In this document: positions 51,151-64,000 of the stretch, in pieces
Layout of the letters: each line of letters starts with the position of its first letter
Position numbering within the stretch: position 1 is the first letter of the stretch
DNA from: the human T2T-CHM13v2.0 reference genome, Homo sapiens
Assembly (NCBI RefSeq): GCF_009914755.1
Contig: NC_060926.1
Length of the DNA: 64,000 nucleotides
Direction: 5' to 3' (one strand)
Made by a program: the position numbers and the translations under genes
The notes under the pieces: model-generated
The model's input: the letters and a program-made list of their open reading frames with translations, nothing else
The model's database searches: none
What the model was told of the DNA's origin: nothing

Positions 51151-51506
51151 GTAGAAAAAACAGCAGGGCTAGAGATCAGAGGTAGTTTAGGGATTAAAAT
51201 ACACTGTTACTGATTAATAATACTTACATGTAAATTTCCTGTTTTGATAGGAAGATGTAGAATTTGCTAGGAAAGAAAATAAAAATACAAGGAAAAATAA
51301 TATATAAATAGTGTTAATAACATACTCATGCATTTTTACAGTGCACGGTCTGATTAAGTAAATTTTGGTACATCCATACGATAGAGTGGAATGCAGATGT
51401 TAAAAGAATGAGGTAGGTTTATGTGTGCTCTTAAGGAAAATTTTCCAAGAATATTATTTAACAAAAAATATATATGCATAGAGTATCTTTAGAAGTATAT
51501 ATAAGA

Positions 51507-51881
<375 letters not shown>

Positions 51882-52063
51882 CTACTACAGTGTCATAGTA
51901 TTATGCATAATGCTAGATTATTTCATGCTCTGACAATAACAGCATTCATTCATGGGGGTTTTTAGAGTTTTCACCTTTCACATACATTATTTCAGTCAAA
52001 ATTAATCACTCTTCCATCTGTGCTCTCACATCAATTAAAATATTTTAAGAATTATAAATGTTA

Positions 52064-52413
<350 letters not shown>

Positions 52414-52548
52414 GAAAGTGTTTAAGTGCAGCAGCCATGATTTTATTCTCTTCCTTCCTTCCCTTCTGTTCTTTGCCTATGCCTTAAAAATGTATAGCTG
52501 TAGCTAAGGTATACATGTACTTATAGGCTTTTCTGTGTAATATATTTC

Positions 52549-52853
<305 letters not shown>

Positions 52854-53278
52854 TGTGTAATATATTTCATGCATTTCCCCAGGTGTTGTGTGGTTCTCCT
52901 CCTTGGCTTTTTAAATAGCTGCTGTTTTGTGGAACATTGTGATTACTTCACTGTGCTTCACTTGCACCTTTACTCGTGTGTTCTCCATCACAGCCGCGTT
53001 AGTTTACTGCCTTCATGCTCATCTCTTCCTAGACTCTTGGGGCTGGTATGACCTCTTTGTCATTAGAATCAGGGCAGAGAGAAAATATTTAGCAAGTATG
53101 TCTGAAGGAATAGATGTTCCTTCTGGGCTTTATAACAGCGTTTTAAGGTGTAGGTAAATATGAGCAGTTTTCAGCCAAGGAAAGGAGTCAGATTAAACGG
53201 TCACACAGCAGCTATGTGGAAGTGGGTGAACTCAAACTTTGGTTCAGTTCTCCTAACCCCAGCAAAGCACTTGGCAGT

Positions 53279-53550
53279 GTTTTGTTTTGTTTTTTGTTCT
53301 GTTTTGTTTGTTTTGGAGGTGGGATCTCGTTCTGTCAGGCAGGAGTGCAATGGCACGATCAGCTTACTTGAGCCTCCTAGGCTCAAGCGATCCTTCCACC
53401 TCAGCCTCCTGAGTTGCTGAGATTATAGATGCATGCCAGCACACCTGGCTAATTTTTGTATTTTTTGTAGAGACAGGGTTTCACCATGTTGCCCAGGCTG
53501 GTTTTGAACTTGTGTGCTCAAGTGATCTGGCATGAAATACCGTGCCCGCC
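53279..53550 (-). mobile_element. Alu (AluJ-like) with deletions
   Basis: Reverse dimer with (GTTTT)n tail. Confidence 0.85.
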
Positions 53551-53603
53551 TTTATTTTTTATTTTTTTTAAGGCTAGTCAAGTGAAGCAGTGGGAATGGG
53601 AAA
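53551..53603 (-). pseudogene. 5'-truncated Y3 RNA (RNY3-derived) retro-fragment with A tail
   Basis: AAGGCTAGTCAAGTGAAGCAGTGGGA is the reverse complement of the hY3 3' end TCCCACTGCTTCACTTGACTAGCCTT; T tract 53551-53569 is the tail. Confidence 0.85.
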
Positions 53604-53640
53604 TCCTCTGTTCTTAAGAAATAAAACATGGGGGTCGGCT

Positions 53641-53884
53641 TTCTCTCCCTTGAACTTTCAACTCTTAAATTTTTTTGTTAAATTTTTTAAAAGTTAATTT
53701 CTAAAGCCATCTTCTGGTTTGTCTCAAGAGAAGACATTACCTTTTGTCCTGAATTCTCTCCCCTGAACTTTCTCTTCTTCGAACTTTCAACCCTTAAATT
53801 TTCTTGTTAAATTTTTAAAAAGTTAATTTCTAAAGTCATCTCCTGGTTTGTCTGAAGAGAAAACATTACCTTTTGTCCTGAATT
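53641..53884. repeat. Two-copy tandem duplication, period ~129 bp
   Basis: GAACTTTCAA..ACATTACCTTTTGTCCTGAATT at 53652-53755 and 53781-53884, about 90% identical by eye. Confidence 0.92.
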
Positions 53885-54291
53885 GCCTTTATTCCATAAC
53901 AAATAGCATTTGAATGCCTTCTGTATGAATGTATGTTCTGAGGTTTGGCCAATATCTACAGTGTTCATTTGACACTATCACTCTGGTCATTTAAAGAGTA
54001 CTTAAAAATTTAAATCATTTTAATATGAAAAACCTTTCTCATTGTTTGGACCATGCACTAGTGCCCTAGTATCTCTAGTGCACTACACATATCTGATTTT
54101 CACTTTCCAGGGGGGGATTTCTATCTCAGGGTAATGGAGATTATAACTATCAACGGATCCTAATCTTTTTTATTTCCTGGTTTCTGAATCATAGAATTGT
54201 TTTGCAATTAACCATAGAAGCAAGAATCTCTTTTTGGGGTGAGAGGTGGTGCGTAGGAGCAGAGAAGGGATATATAGGAATAGAGTGATCT

Positions 54292-54604
54292 ATTTTATTT
54301 TACTATTTTTTCTTTATATTTTTTAGAGACAAGGTCTTGCACTGTTGCCCAGGCTGTAGTGCAGTGGTGCATAGCTCACTGCAGCCTCCAACTCCTGGGG
54401 TCAAGCAATTTTCCAGCCTCTGCCTCCTGAGTAGCTAGGACTACAGGCAAGTGCTACCAAACCCTGCTAATCTTTTATTTATTTTTTGTAGATATGGGAT
54501 GTCTACTTGCCTAGGCTGGTCTACAGTGCTTAGGCTCAAGCCATCCTTCCTCCCTTGGCTTCCCCAAGTGCTGGGATTACAGATGTGAGCCACCGCACCT
54601 GCCT
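54292..54604 (-). mobile_element. Alu (AluJ-like)
   Basis: Reverse dimer; TSD GTGAT(C/A)TATTTT. Confidence 0.88.
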
Positions 54605-56089
54605 AGGGTGATATATTTTAAGAGTACAAAGTAGATTAGTTGTCATTGAGAATGAAAAGAATCAAATCTAGATGTTCGTGTCTCAATTTGAGATCTTCAT
54701 GTTGCAAAAGGTTATTTTTGATTTGTAACTTTTTAAAACTTTGTAATCAAGTTGATTTATTTGTGGTTATTGTAATACTATTTTGCCAAGTCATAAATGG
54801 TTAACTTTACTGCATTCAGATTTGAGAATATGCTTTAGGTTTTAAAGTTGCAATCTTGACATCATGTATGAATTATCTCACAAAATAACTACTGTTTGGA
54901 GAAAGAACTGATCTGATTTCTTCTTTTTAAACCAGTGATACTAAAGGTGTATTTAAGCCTGTTTTGAGTTTGTTGAAACATCACTCCAAAGTGGAAACAT
55001 GGAAGGCTTCGAGCTGGACAGAGCTGAGTATAAATTTAAATTTTTGCCATTTCCAGACTAGCCATTTATGGGGCTGATCTTTGCCTTGTTTGTTTTGAGG
55101 GTTAAAGGAGATAATGGGTGTAAGATACCTATGCCTTGTCTAGTTAAGTGTTCAGCAAATACTAATTCTCCCCCACCTGTTACAGTGAGCTGGGGATTCC
55201 CTGTGTTTGCATAAGGTTGTCCTGTAGCTCTTTCTGTATTTACATATGTGATCTAGTCTTGAAGGTGGCTGGCTGGGGGGGCGCTCAGTTTTGTGTATTG
55301 AAAATTGCTAGAAACTGAGAGTTGGTTATTATATTGCCATTGAACTTCCTGTGTAATGGATGGTTACCATGTGTTTGTGTTATTCTCTGGTAAAAGGCAC
55401 TTTTTATACCAGTGGAGTGTAAATTCCAATGTGAAAACGTTAATCTTTGAAAACCCTGAGCTAGGCTCCTGTTAACAGCCACTTGAGGTTATCTGGTGCT
55501 AGAGGCTAACCAGATCCCATTAGGCAATCCTTTCCCTCCCTGTAGCACATTACCCGAGGGCGGGACTCTTGGAAACTTCAAACTGAGGCTCCCCATGGCT
55601 GTCATTGCTTAAGATCTCCCCTGGGTTTTTACAGAATGGGATAATGAGAAACCTTCCAGACAGAGGGGCAGTCTTATACCTGTCTCCATTCATTTTGCCT
55701 CCCTTCCTCCTCCCTGCCTCTATTTAAATCTTTCCTGTTCTTTAAACCCTACATTTCTCAGGATGCTTCCCCAGACAGCTCTCAATTCCACCCTTCTGTC
55801 TGTATTAAACATATTAGCACTGACACCCACTGCCTTACCTACTGCCTTGGCCTTTTTGATGCTCATCTCGGATTACAGCCGACCCGAGGGCATCCACCAG
55901 CCAGCCTGCCGTGCCCTGTGCATCTCTGGCCTGGCTCAGCCGTGGGTGCACTCTGCCTGGTCCACAGAAACTGATTCTGTTTCTTCTTTGTCAGATCCAA
56001 CACTCTGTCTTGGAAGAATTCTCTGTAAGGTTTTCCACACAGCAGTCTTCTGTCTGTTACTTTTAGAAAGAAATGAAAAAAGTAATTTA

Positions 56090-56406
<317 letters not shown>

Positions 56407-56929
56407 CTTGGTATATGCCTTCCTTAACTGTTTTTCTTTTCACAGACATATGTTAAATAAATGCCATACTTTTTGCTGTATAACTTGATATTTTTGTACA
56501 CACGCAGTGTGTATTATATCAATATGCATTCTTCTAGAAATGATTTCTAGTGATTGCATGTAATTCATTTTCCAGCCTGTAGGTGTAACATAATTTTTTC
56601 AACTATTTACTTATTACTGAATTTTAAATAACACTGCAGTGAACATTATTCTAGTTTTATTGAATGACTTCCAGCAATTAACTGTGTTGAATTACTAAAC
56701 ATAGTAGTTTCTTTCAATAAATTTGTGGAATATGTTCATCTTATTAGTATCTGAGTAATTTACTTCGTGGTCCAGAACTGAGCTAGGTGTCAGGGATACA
56801 CGTAGACATAAGTATTGTAGTACTAAGGATAAAACAATGCGTATACCAATAGGAAGGGATGTCAGCTACTTAAGTAAATAGACTTTAATTATTTAGATAA
56901 AATAGACATGAAAGAACTTTAGTGTATGC

Positions 56930-58060
56930 AAATTTATAAAACATCAACCAGCAGCTGTTCATACCTCTCCATGTGTGGGGTGTTGGGAGTGGGGCACTGA
57001 GATGCAGACTGTGGCAAAAAAAAAAAAAAAAATCTACCTGCTTTACAGACTGTGGGAAAAGAATCTACCTGCTTTACAGTTGCATGACATGGTCACTTAA
57101 GAGAGTGGGGACAGAAAGACATGGACCTGGGTAGCTTTGGAAAATGGTGTTTTGACTATAATCTATAAAAACTACAAAAAGAACTGCATAAACGCTGTAC
57201 TCTAGTGGGTAAAGTTTCTCATGGGACACAGGTTGACAGTTCCAACGCTGCTTTATATATGTACAAGGGTTAAACAAATAGTGAAGGGGTGGTGGATGGA
57301 GAGAGCCAAGTTTCCCACAGCTGGAGAGGAAAGTCAAAGGTATGCAAGGAAGGAAAGCTAGAACGAACCTTGTGGGACTGTATTAAAGTCAGAAACCTCA
57401 ATGTGAACTTAGGTTTAGCTTGACATAGATACAGAAATAATTATATTTTAGTGTGTATTCATGGATTAGGACACACATGTATTTCCTAGATCTGTTCACT
57501 GAAAGAGCTTAGAAACAATAACACCCCAGTATCTTGGTTCCTAAATTCCATTCTCTAATCACAGTAACCAGGACTCCTTGAAGAAATGGATAATTATAGG
57601 TCTGGGGCATCTTGCATTGTCAGAAAATAAGGAAGTGCTCACGAAACAAAGGATGTGGGCATGTCTGAAGGCCATACCAGCCAACCTCAAAGAGCTCCTA
57701 ATAGCCAAAGCTGGAATAATTTGAGCAACAAAATAAATAATATGATGTACTGCATTATAGTCCAAGATATAAAATAAATATACCTGCACATAACTGTATA
57801 CTGGGAGAAGAGACATCTTCCTTATAGAAGAATTTCGAGTAATGTTTGCAGATACCTCCCCGTTCACTAGCTAGGCCTTAGCCCTCCCTACACCTTGAGT
57901 GTGGACTGAATTTAGTGACTCACTTCTAAGAGACAGAGTATGGAAAGGTGGGGAAAAAGTAAATTTACAGTGGAGAAACCTGCCAGCACTACCTTGACCA
58001 AGTAATCAAAGTTTAACACAACCAGCAGTAAACCATGTTCAAACATGAAGAAAAGTTTCA
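56930..58060 (+). mobile_element. L1MC/L1MD-type 3' UTR fragment
   Basis: TATTTCCTAGATCTGTTCACTGAAAGAGCTTAGAAACAATAACACCCCAG..GTAACCAGGACTCCTTGAAGAAATGG..TTTACAGTGGAGAAACCTG. Confidence 0.75.
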
Positions 58061-58062
58061 CT

Positions 58063-58373
<311 letters not shown>

Positions 58374-59984
58374 TTATTACATATCTACCCATCACACCAT
58401 CTTATTTCAAAAAGTATTTCAAAGTAAATTGCAAACATCAGTACATGCGATCCCCAGCCCCTACCCCCAACAAAAATTTGTTTAAAATGTAATTTCTACA
58501 TTCTCTGCCAAGGTTGTTGTGCAGCACCTACCAGCCACAGCACAGTTGACGCTATGTGATTGTGCCCTGTTGAGCCTCGAGGCGTGTGGGAAATTGGAGA
58601 GGATGTAGGTGATGTAGGCATGCTCCGAGGTGAGCACAGATGTGTGTGATTGGGTGACCCACTGGACTGACGTGGATCTGTACTTGTGGGTGCTGGGGCA
58701 TCATGGGATCTGTGAAGATCCAGAAAATAGCAGCTGTTTCCTGGCACAAGGGCGGCTTTAAGGATGGCGAGAAGGGATGGTGAGTCAGCTCTGGGACAGA
58801 ACTGAGCTACTAAAGTTGTAATAATGTAGAGTGCCTGAGCATTTATTTGGGGAGAGCCAAAGGCCTGCCTCACCATGCCATTCCCCCCTCCCCTCTGATC
58901 TCTTGGGAAAATAAATAGAGCGGGAAGAGAGGGTTTAGCTCAGGAAGGGGTAGGAACACTGATCAGCTCATCAATCAGGAGAGTGCAATTATGCAGAAAG
59001 GACAGAAATCACTCCCTGAAGGCCACAGACTTGGGGATTTGCCCAGAAGAAGACCTTACAGCTGCTAACAGTAGCCCTATTCAGTTGGGGTGCATAATGA
59101 TTTTAAAACTAATCAGGAACCAAAGCCTGAGGCTGGGGACAAGCACAAATATCTTGTTGACAGAGCAAACATCTAGATTTTGTCAGATAGGAAGTTTCTG
59201 AGGAGGTCAGAGTGATGTAATGGTGTGCACAAAGCTTTCATCCTTAAACAGATGGGCCCCCGAGGTACCATCTGCAGCTCCCTGGGGCCCTTCAAAATGA
59301 CTTCCTATAAATTAAATAGTCCTAAATTGGTATCGAGAAATTAGTGTGGTAGCCATATACCAGAAGCAAAACTAGACAAAGGAAGGAAATTTCCATGGAG
59401 TTACCCATTTCCTTTTCTTCCCTTGCTTTATAAATAGCAAGGGAGGTTTATTATTTTGATCAACTTTCTTGGTTAACATGTGAATATTATTGCCTCCCTC
59501 AAATAGCCATCCAAGGTAAACTTCCCTTTCTCCTCTTAAGCTGGGACAACTGCATTGATCCCTACCTAAGCCAGTGTCAGCTGGATATTTTTCATAAACT
59601 GCCTTGCTATTTTGGGCGTTCTGTTTTTGTTGAGGAGGAAGTAGTGGTTTTGTTTCTGGTTTTTTTCTTTCATCAAAGGGATATTTGTTCTGGAAGGGCA
59701 AGGGAAGGGGATGCTTCACAGTCTAGATCGAGGGAGAAAATGTCCGACATCATATGTAAGTGGCTGATGATGAGTCAATTGGTGAAACATTTCAGAACAG
59801 AAAGTAGGTCCACTGTACTCATCCTTTTATTTATTCAACACTTACTGGCACTTTGATTCGCAATGGACAATATAGCCTCTGTTCTCAGGGAGACAGACAA
59901 TCAAAAATTAGCGAAGTAAAGTTTACATAGGTATGAGTGGAGTATTAGAGAAGCTGGGGCAGGGGGTTCAAGGAGGAGGTAATT

Positions 59985-60106
59985 TTCCTTTCTTGAGATG
60001 GAATCTCACTGTGTTGCCCAGGCTGGTCTCTAACTCCTGGGCTCAAGCGATCCTCCCTCAGCCTCTGAAATCACTAGGATTACAGGCAAGGGCCTCCATG
60101 CCCAGC
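59985..60106 (-). mobile_element. Alu monomer (FLAM-like)
   Basis: TTGCCCAGGCTGGTCTCTAACTCCTGGGCTCAAGCGATCC. Confidence 0.8.
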
Positions 60107-60914
60107 AGGAGGTGATTCTTGAGCTGCGTTTCAAGGGAGTAGCCAGGTGAGGTGGGAGTTGGGTTGGGGTAGGGGGGACCACCCTAGCCAAGGATGAAAG
60201 GTGAACCGGGTGGTGTGTGTGGGTAAGTGGATGGAGCGTGGGGTGTGGAAGGGAGCTGTGAAGAAGGTTGGCTTGGAACAGGAGTGAAGAGGAAAAGCCG
60301 AGGCAGGTGCATGTGGGTAAGTGGGTAGGCGAGGCACCAGGGCGGGAAGCTGGGGTGTTAGCACGTCAAGCCTGCTGGCTTCTGTTACCTGAGTAAAATG
60401 GGAAGAAAGGGCATTTGCTAGAGTAGGAGGGAGGAGAATGACAAAAGTTTGAAACAGTGGTTGCGGGGAGTGGGAGGAGGGCCTTTTAGAATATTCAGGG
60501 TCTTTTGGATCAGAGAATTCAAGTGCAGTGGCGTCTTTCTGCACAGTGATGTGATTTCTGTGGTCTTTCGGGCCCAGGGTATAGGTGAGGACAAGCTGAG
60601 TTGTGTTATTAGTTCCCTTGGGTTTGGCTAAAGAGGAGGGTTGCAGAAAATTGAGGGTGCGGCAAGGGGGTGATTGGTGGTGGAGTCCACACTGTGGGAA
60701 TGAAGAAGGGGACATACTCAAGGGACATCCGAGAGCAAGGACCTCAGGAGGGAGGGGGTGTGCGAGCCGGAAGGATAGGAGGCTGTGGTCATGAAGCAAG
60801 AGTATGGAAATACGGCTTCTGACTGAGGTGTGACCCTGGAAATGGCTGGCCAGAGTCAAGAGCCAGGGATCAGAGCTTAAGTGCAGGCGTAATGAGAACA
60901 TCTGCCATCACTGA

Positions 60915-61105
60915 CCCTGCGCTGGACACTGCCCTAAGTGCTTTGGACTATTCATTCAACCCAGCCCCACAAATAGGTACTCTTATTTATTGCCATTTAC
61001 AGGTGAGGCAGCTGAGGCCCAGAGAGGTGAAGTAATTGCTCAGGGTCATGGAGTTAATAAATGGTGGAGCGGAGCTTCTAACCCAGGTTGTCTCCTCTGC
61101 TCTTG
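60915..61105 (-). mobile_element. MIR
   Basis: CCATTTACAGGTGAGGCAGCTGAGGCCCAGAGAGGTGAAGTAATTGCTCAGGGTCA. Confidence 0.8.
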
Positions 61106-61114
61106 TTCCTTTAG

Positions 61115-61224
61115 GAGCTGACTGCTGGGCAGGAACGTCTCTCAGGAGAAAGAGTGGAAGAGAAAATTGTGAACTAAGGCCCCCTGCCCCCTTTTCCTGG
61201 TGCATGTGAAGTTATCAAAAACAG
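61115..61224 (+). other. TANC1: Non-coding exon 2 (110 bp, 5'UTR)
   Basis: Polypyrimidine tract TCTCCTCTGCTCTTGTTCCTTTAG| and donor CAG|GTAGGT; position fits recalled TANC1 exon 2. Confidence 0.7.
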
Positions 61225-61404
61225 GTAGGTGATGGCTGAGGATTGGGGTAGAGTGTGGTATGACTGTGAGTAGTGACTCAAAGAGGGATGAATCTTTACA
61301 TGAGGTTAGAAGAGAGATGGCCTGTAGAACGTCCAGTCTTTCCACCTGCCCAGAGCCACTGGTGAGCCAGCGCCTCCAGGGGAGAGAAGCCCTGTCAAAA
61401 GCAG

Positions 61405-61582
61405 AGATAGGGGAGTTAGTGTTTAATGAGTACAGAGTTTCAGTTGGGGAAGACAAAAAACTTGTATAGGTGGATGGTGCTGATGGTTGCAGAAGGACGT
61501 GCTTAGTGCTACTGAACTATATACTTAAAAATGGTTAAAACGGTAAATTTTATGTCTATTTTATCACAATGAAAAATAAAAA
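61405..61582 (+). mobile_element. L1MB-type 3' end
   Basis: TTTAATGAGTACAGAGTTTCAGTTGGGGAAGA..ACTGAACTATATACTTAAAAATGGTTAAAACGGTAAATTTTATG. Confidence 0.85.
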
Positions 61583-61599
61583 CGTGGTGGAGGGAGGGA

Positions 61600-61860
61600 G
61601 TAATAATCACTACCATTTATGAAACCCTTTCCTGGTTCATTGTCACTTATTAAATATTTGAATGTGTGCTGGGGATTTTGTTAAGTGCTTTATGTGTATT
61701 TTCATTTAATCCTCACTTTCAGAGATGAGGTAAACTCTGCTGTACAGATGAGGAATCTCAGGTTTAACCAGATTAGGCAACTTGCCCAAGGTCATACATC
61801 CAGAAATGGTAGGGGCTGGGCTCAACCAGATCCTCACACTCCAAAGCCCTTGCTTGTAAT
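61600..61860 (-). mobile_element. MIR
   Basis: ACAGATGAGGAATCTCAGG..TTAGGCAACTTGCCCAAGGTCATAC. Confidence 0.75.
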
Positions 61861-63519
61861 TGTTAGGGAATTGAACAGTGGACAGAAGGTTCCAGAGGCT
61901 GTGGGGGAAGGGAGAGGGGGTTGTTGATGGAGGGAGGACCTGGGATAGGGAAATGCTGGGTGAAAAGAGGAGGGTTGGGGATAGAGGAGCAGCTAGACCA
62001 AAGGAATGAGAAGTCGGATGGACAGGACCATCCTCCAGTGTCCAGACTGGGCATGTGCTGTCATGGAACTGGCAAAAAGTCCAAGTGACACCAACTTGTT
62101 CTCAGAAAGGGGCTGGAGGTTATGGAGAAGTGGGAGAGCCCAGCGTGGGGTGTGCCAGTGTGATCCAAAGAAAGTCTTGTCAGCAGAGGATTCTTCCCAG
62201 ACTGGGACCTGCGGCCGGAGGGGCTGGCGGTATGGACAGTGTGGACATGAGTTCAGCCTGGGTGCCTCTTCTCATCTTCCTCCTGAATGCCCTTTCTTCC
62301 TGCTGGCCTGCCCGAGGGGACCCAGGCTGCCCATTGAGCCTGAAGTCAGCAAGCTGATCGTGAATTTAGGTGCATGAACGTAGGGAGGGGGTGGCAGTGA
62401 GGAGGACTGAATATCTTTCTAATGCTGACAGACCAAATGCCAAGGGTGAGGGTAAATCATGACCAATTACCTGGCTTTGTAGATGATCAGCAAACTGCAA
62501 ATATTTTGCCACAGATTTTCTTTGTTTTTAGCAGAATGGTATGAAATGCATACATGAGGAAATAAATTTTATCTGACTCCTTCACAGAGATTTTGAGGTT
62601 GTAACCTGTAACTTCTAAGGCGTGGCCAGTGGTATTTGTGATCCTCTGGGTGCAGATGTGGGTTTGTCTCAGATATTTGGGTTTAGTGAGGCGTTTGTGA
62701 GCTGCTGAGGAGGGAAATGCCCTCTCGAGAGTTTCTGTTACCTTCATGTGTTTACTTTAGATTCAGCAGGATTCTTTTACTGTCTTGCTGGTGGTTCTAC
62801 AATCTGTGCTAAAAGCAGGCTGCCTGAGCAGTGCTTTCTGTGTAATAGAGGTGACCATGGAGAGCGTGGTTCTGTGATTATATAATAATTTTGAATAAAT
62901 AAAAAGATGTCTCATGGCAGGTCCTATAAGGGCAGCCTGGAAGTGACATCATGAGGGATTAAGTTGCACTGCAGCTGAATCTTGCAGCTATCAGACATGC
63001 AGCAGTATGTCAGCTGTAACCTCCAGGTGTAAATAGACCTTCATCAGCATCGCTGGAAAGTGCTAGGAGGATCCAGAGTGCTGCGGGATGCTATCCATCA
63101 AAAGTCGTTTGCAGAACTTTGTTCCTGGCTGTGATAGGTTTTTAACCCCTGTAGCTGACTGGATCTGTGGAGCTTTTCATAGTTTATTTCAAGGAAAGGT
63201 AGCGGGTATATGTGCTCACTGGTGCCAAATTCAGATTGATTGTTTTACTGTCCCCTTTTCTGCCCCTTTTCACCAGCTAAGAAACAGGAGCTAGGTAGAA
63301 TTTGCCTTAAAATCAAAACAGGACTAAGGTAATGTTAAGAGAGGTAGCGAAGTAGCCCTTTGTTTTGGGAAATAGTAATGGCTAACCTTATGACTAGTTA
63401 CCTTCTGTGCTTTCTTGGAATTACCTAACAGGATGCTTAGGAACAGGATTGTGTCTTTTATTCACTGCCATATCCCTCAGCCAGAAACAGTGCCTGGCTT
63501 TTACTAGGCACTCTAATAA

Positions 63520-64000
<481 letters not shown>

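Larger units (their letters stand above)
59820..62060 (-). mobile_element. L2 LINE relic (ORF2 region), interrupted by FLAM, MIRs and L1
   Basis: Purine-rich + strand; minus-frame peptide of ORF 60131-60901 has L2-ORF2-like motifs (SHFQGHT, LHDHSLLSFRL, HSPQPLFQTF, LSSHFTQVTEA). Confidence 0.6.

Noticed and set aside
53641-53884. CRISPR-like or other repeat-spacer array
   Set aside because: Only two long copies, no unique spacers, no associated genes, eukaryotic context

Overview
Primate (most likely human) genomic DNA, rich in Alus and other interspersed repeats, with no intact protein-coding exon. It holds a CpG-island promoter (~27.9-30.1 kb) and two non-coding + strand exons (~28678-28820 and 61115-61224), which I recognise from memory as the 5' end of TANC1. 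A processed BTF3L4 retrocopy (probably BTF3L4P2) starts at ~63.7 kb and runs off the end. The rest is a Tigger1 fossil carrying five Alus, MaLR/ERVL/MER31 LTRs, MER2, L1, L2, MIR, about 55 Alu pieces, an SVA2-like element and a Y3 RNA retro-fragment. I found no convincing new multi-gene system. The most interesting signals are: (i) a template-switch scar at ~5.2 kb copying ~50 bp from 3.2 kb upstream plus a perfect 20-bp fold-back; (ii) an Alu copied with its unique flank 8.1 kb downstream; (iii) the sense BTF3L4 retrocopy with an acceptor-like site just before its ATG; (iv) a probably TE-derived 5'UTR exon with an ATG-TGA minimal uORF; (v) the SVA2-like insertion. Repeat subfamily names come from recalled consensus sequences and boundaries are approximate; no search was run.
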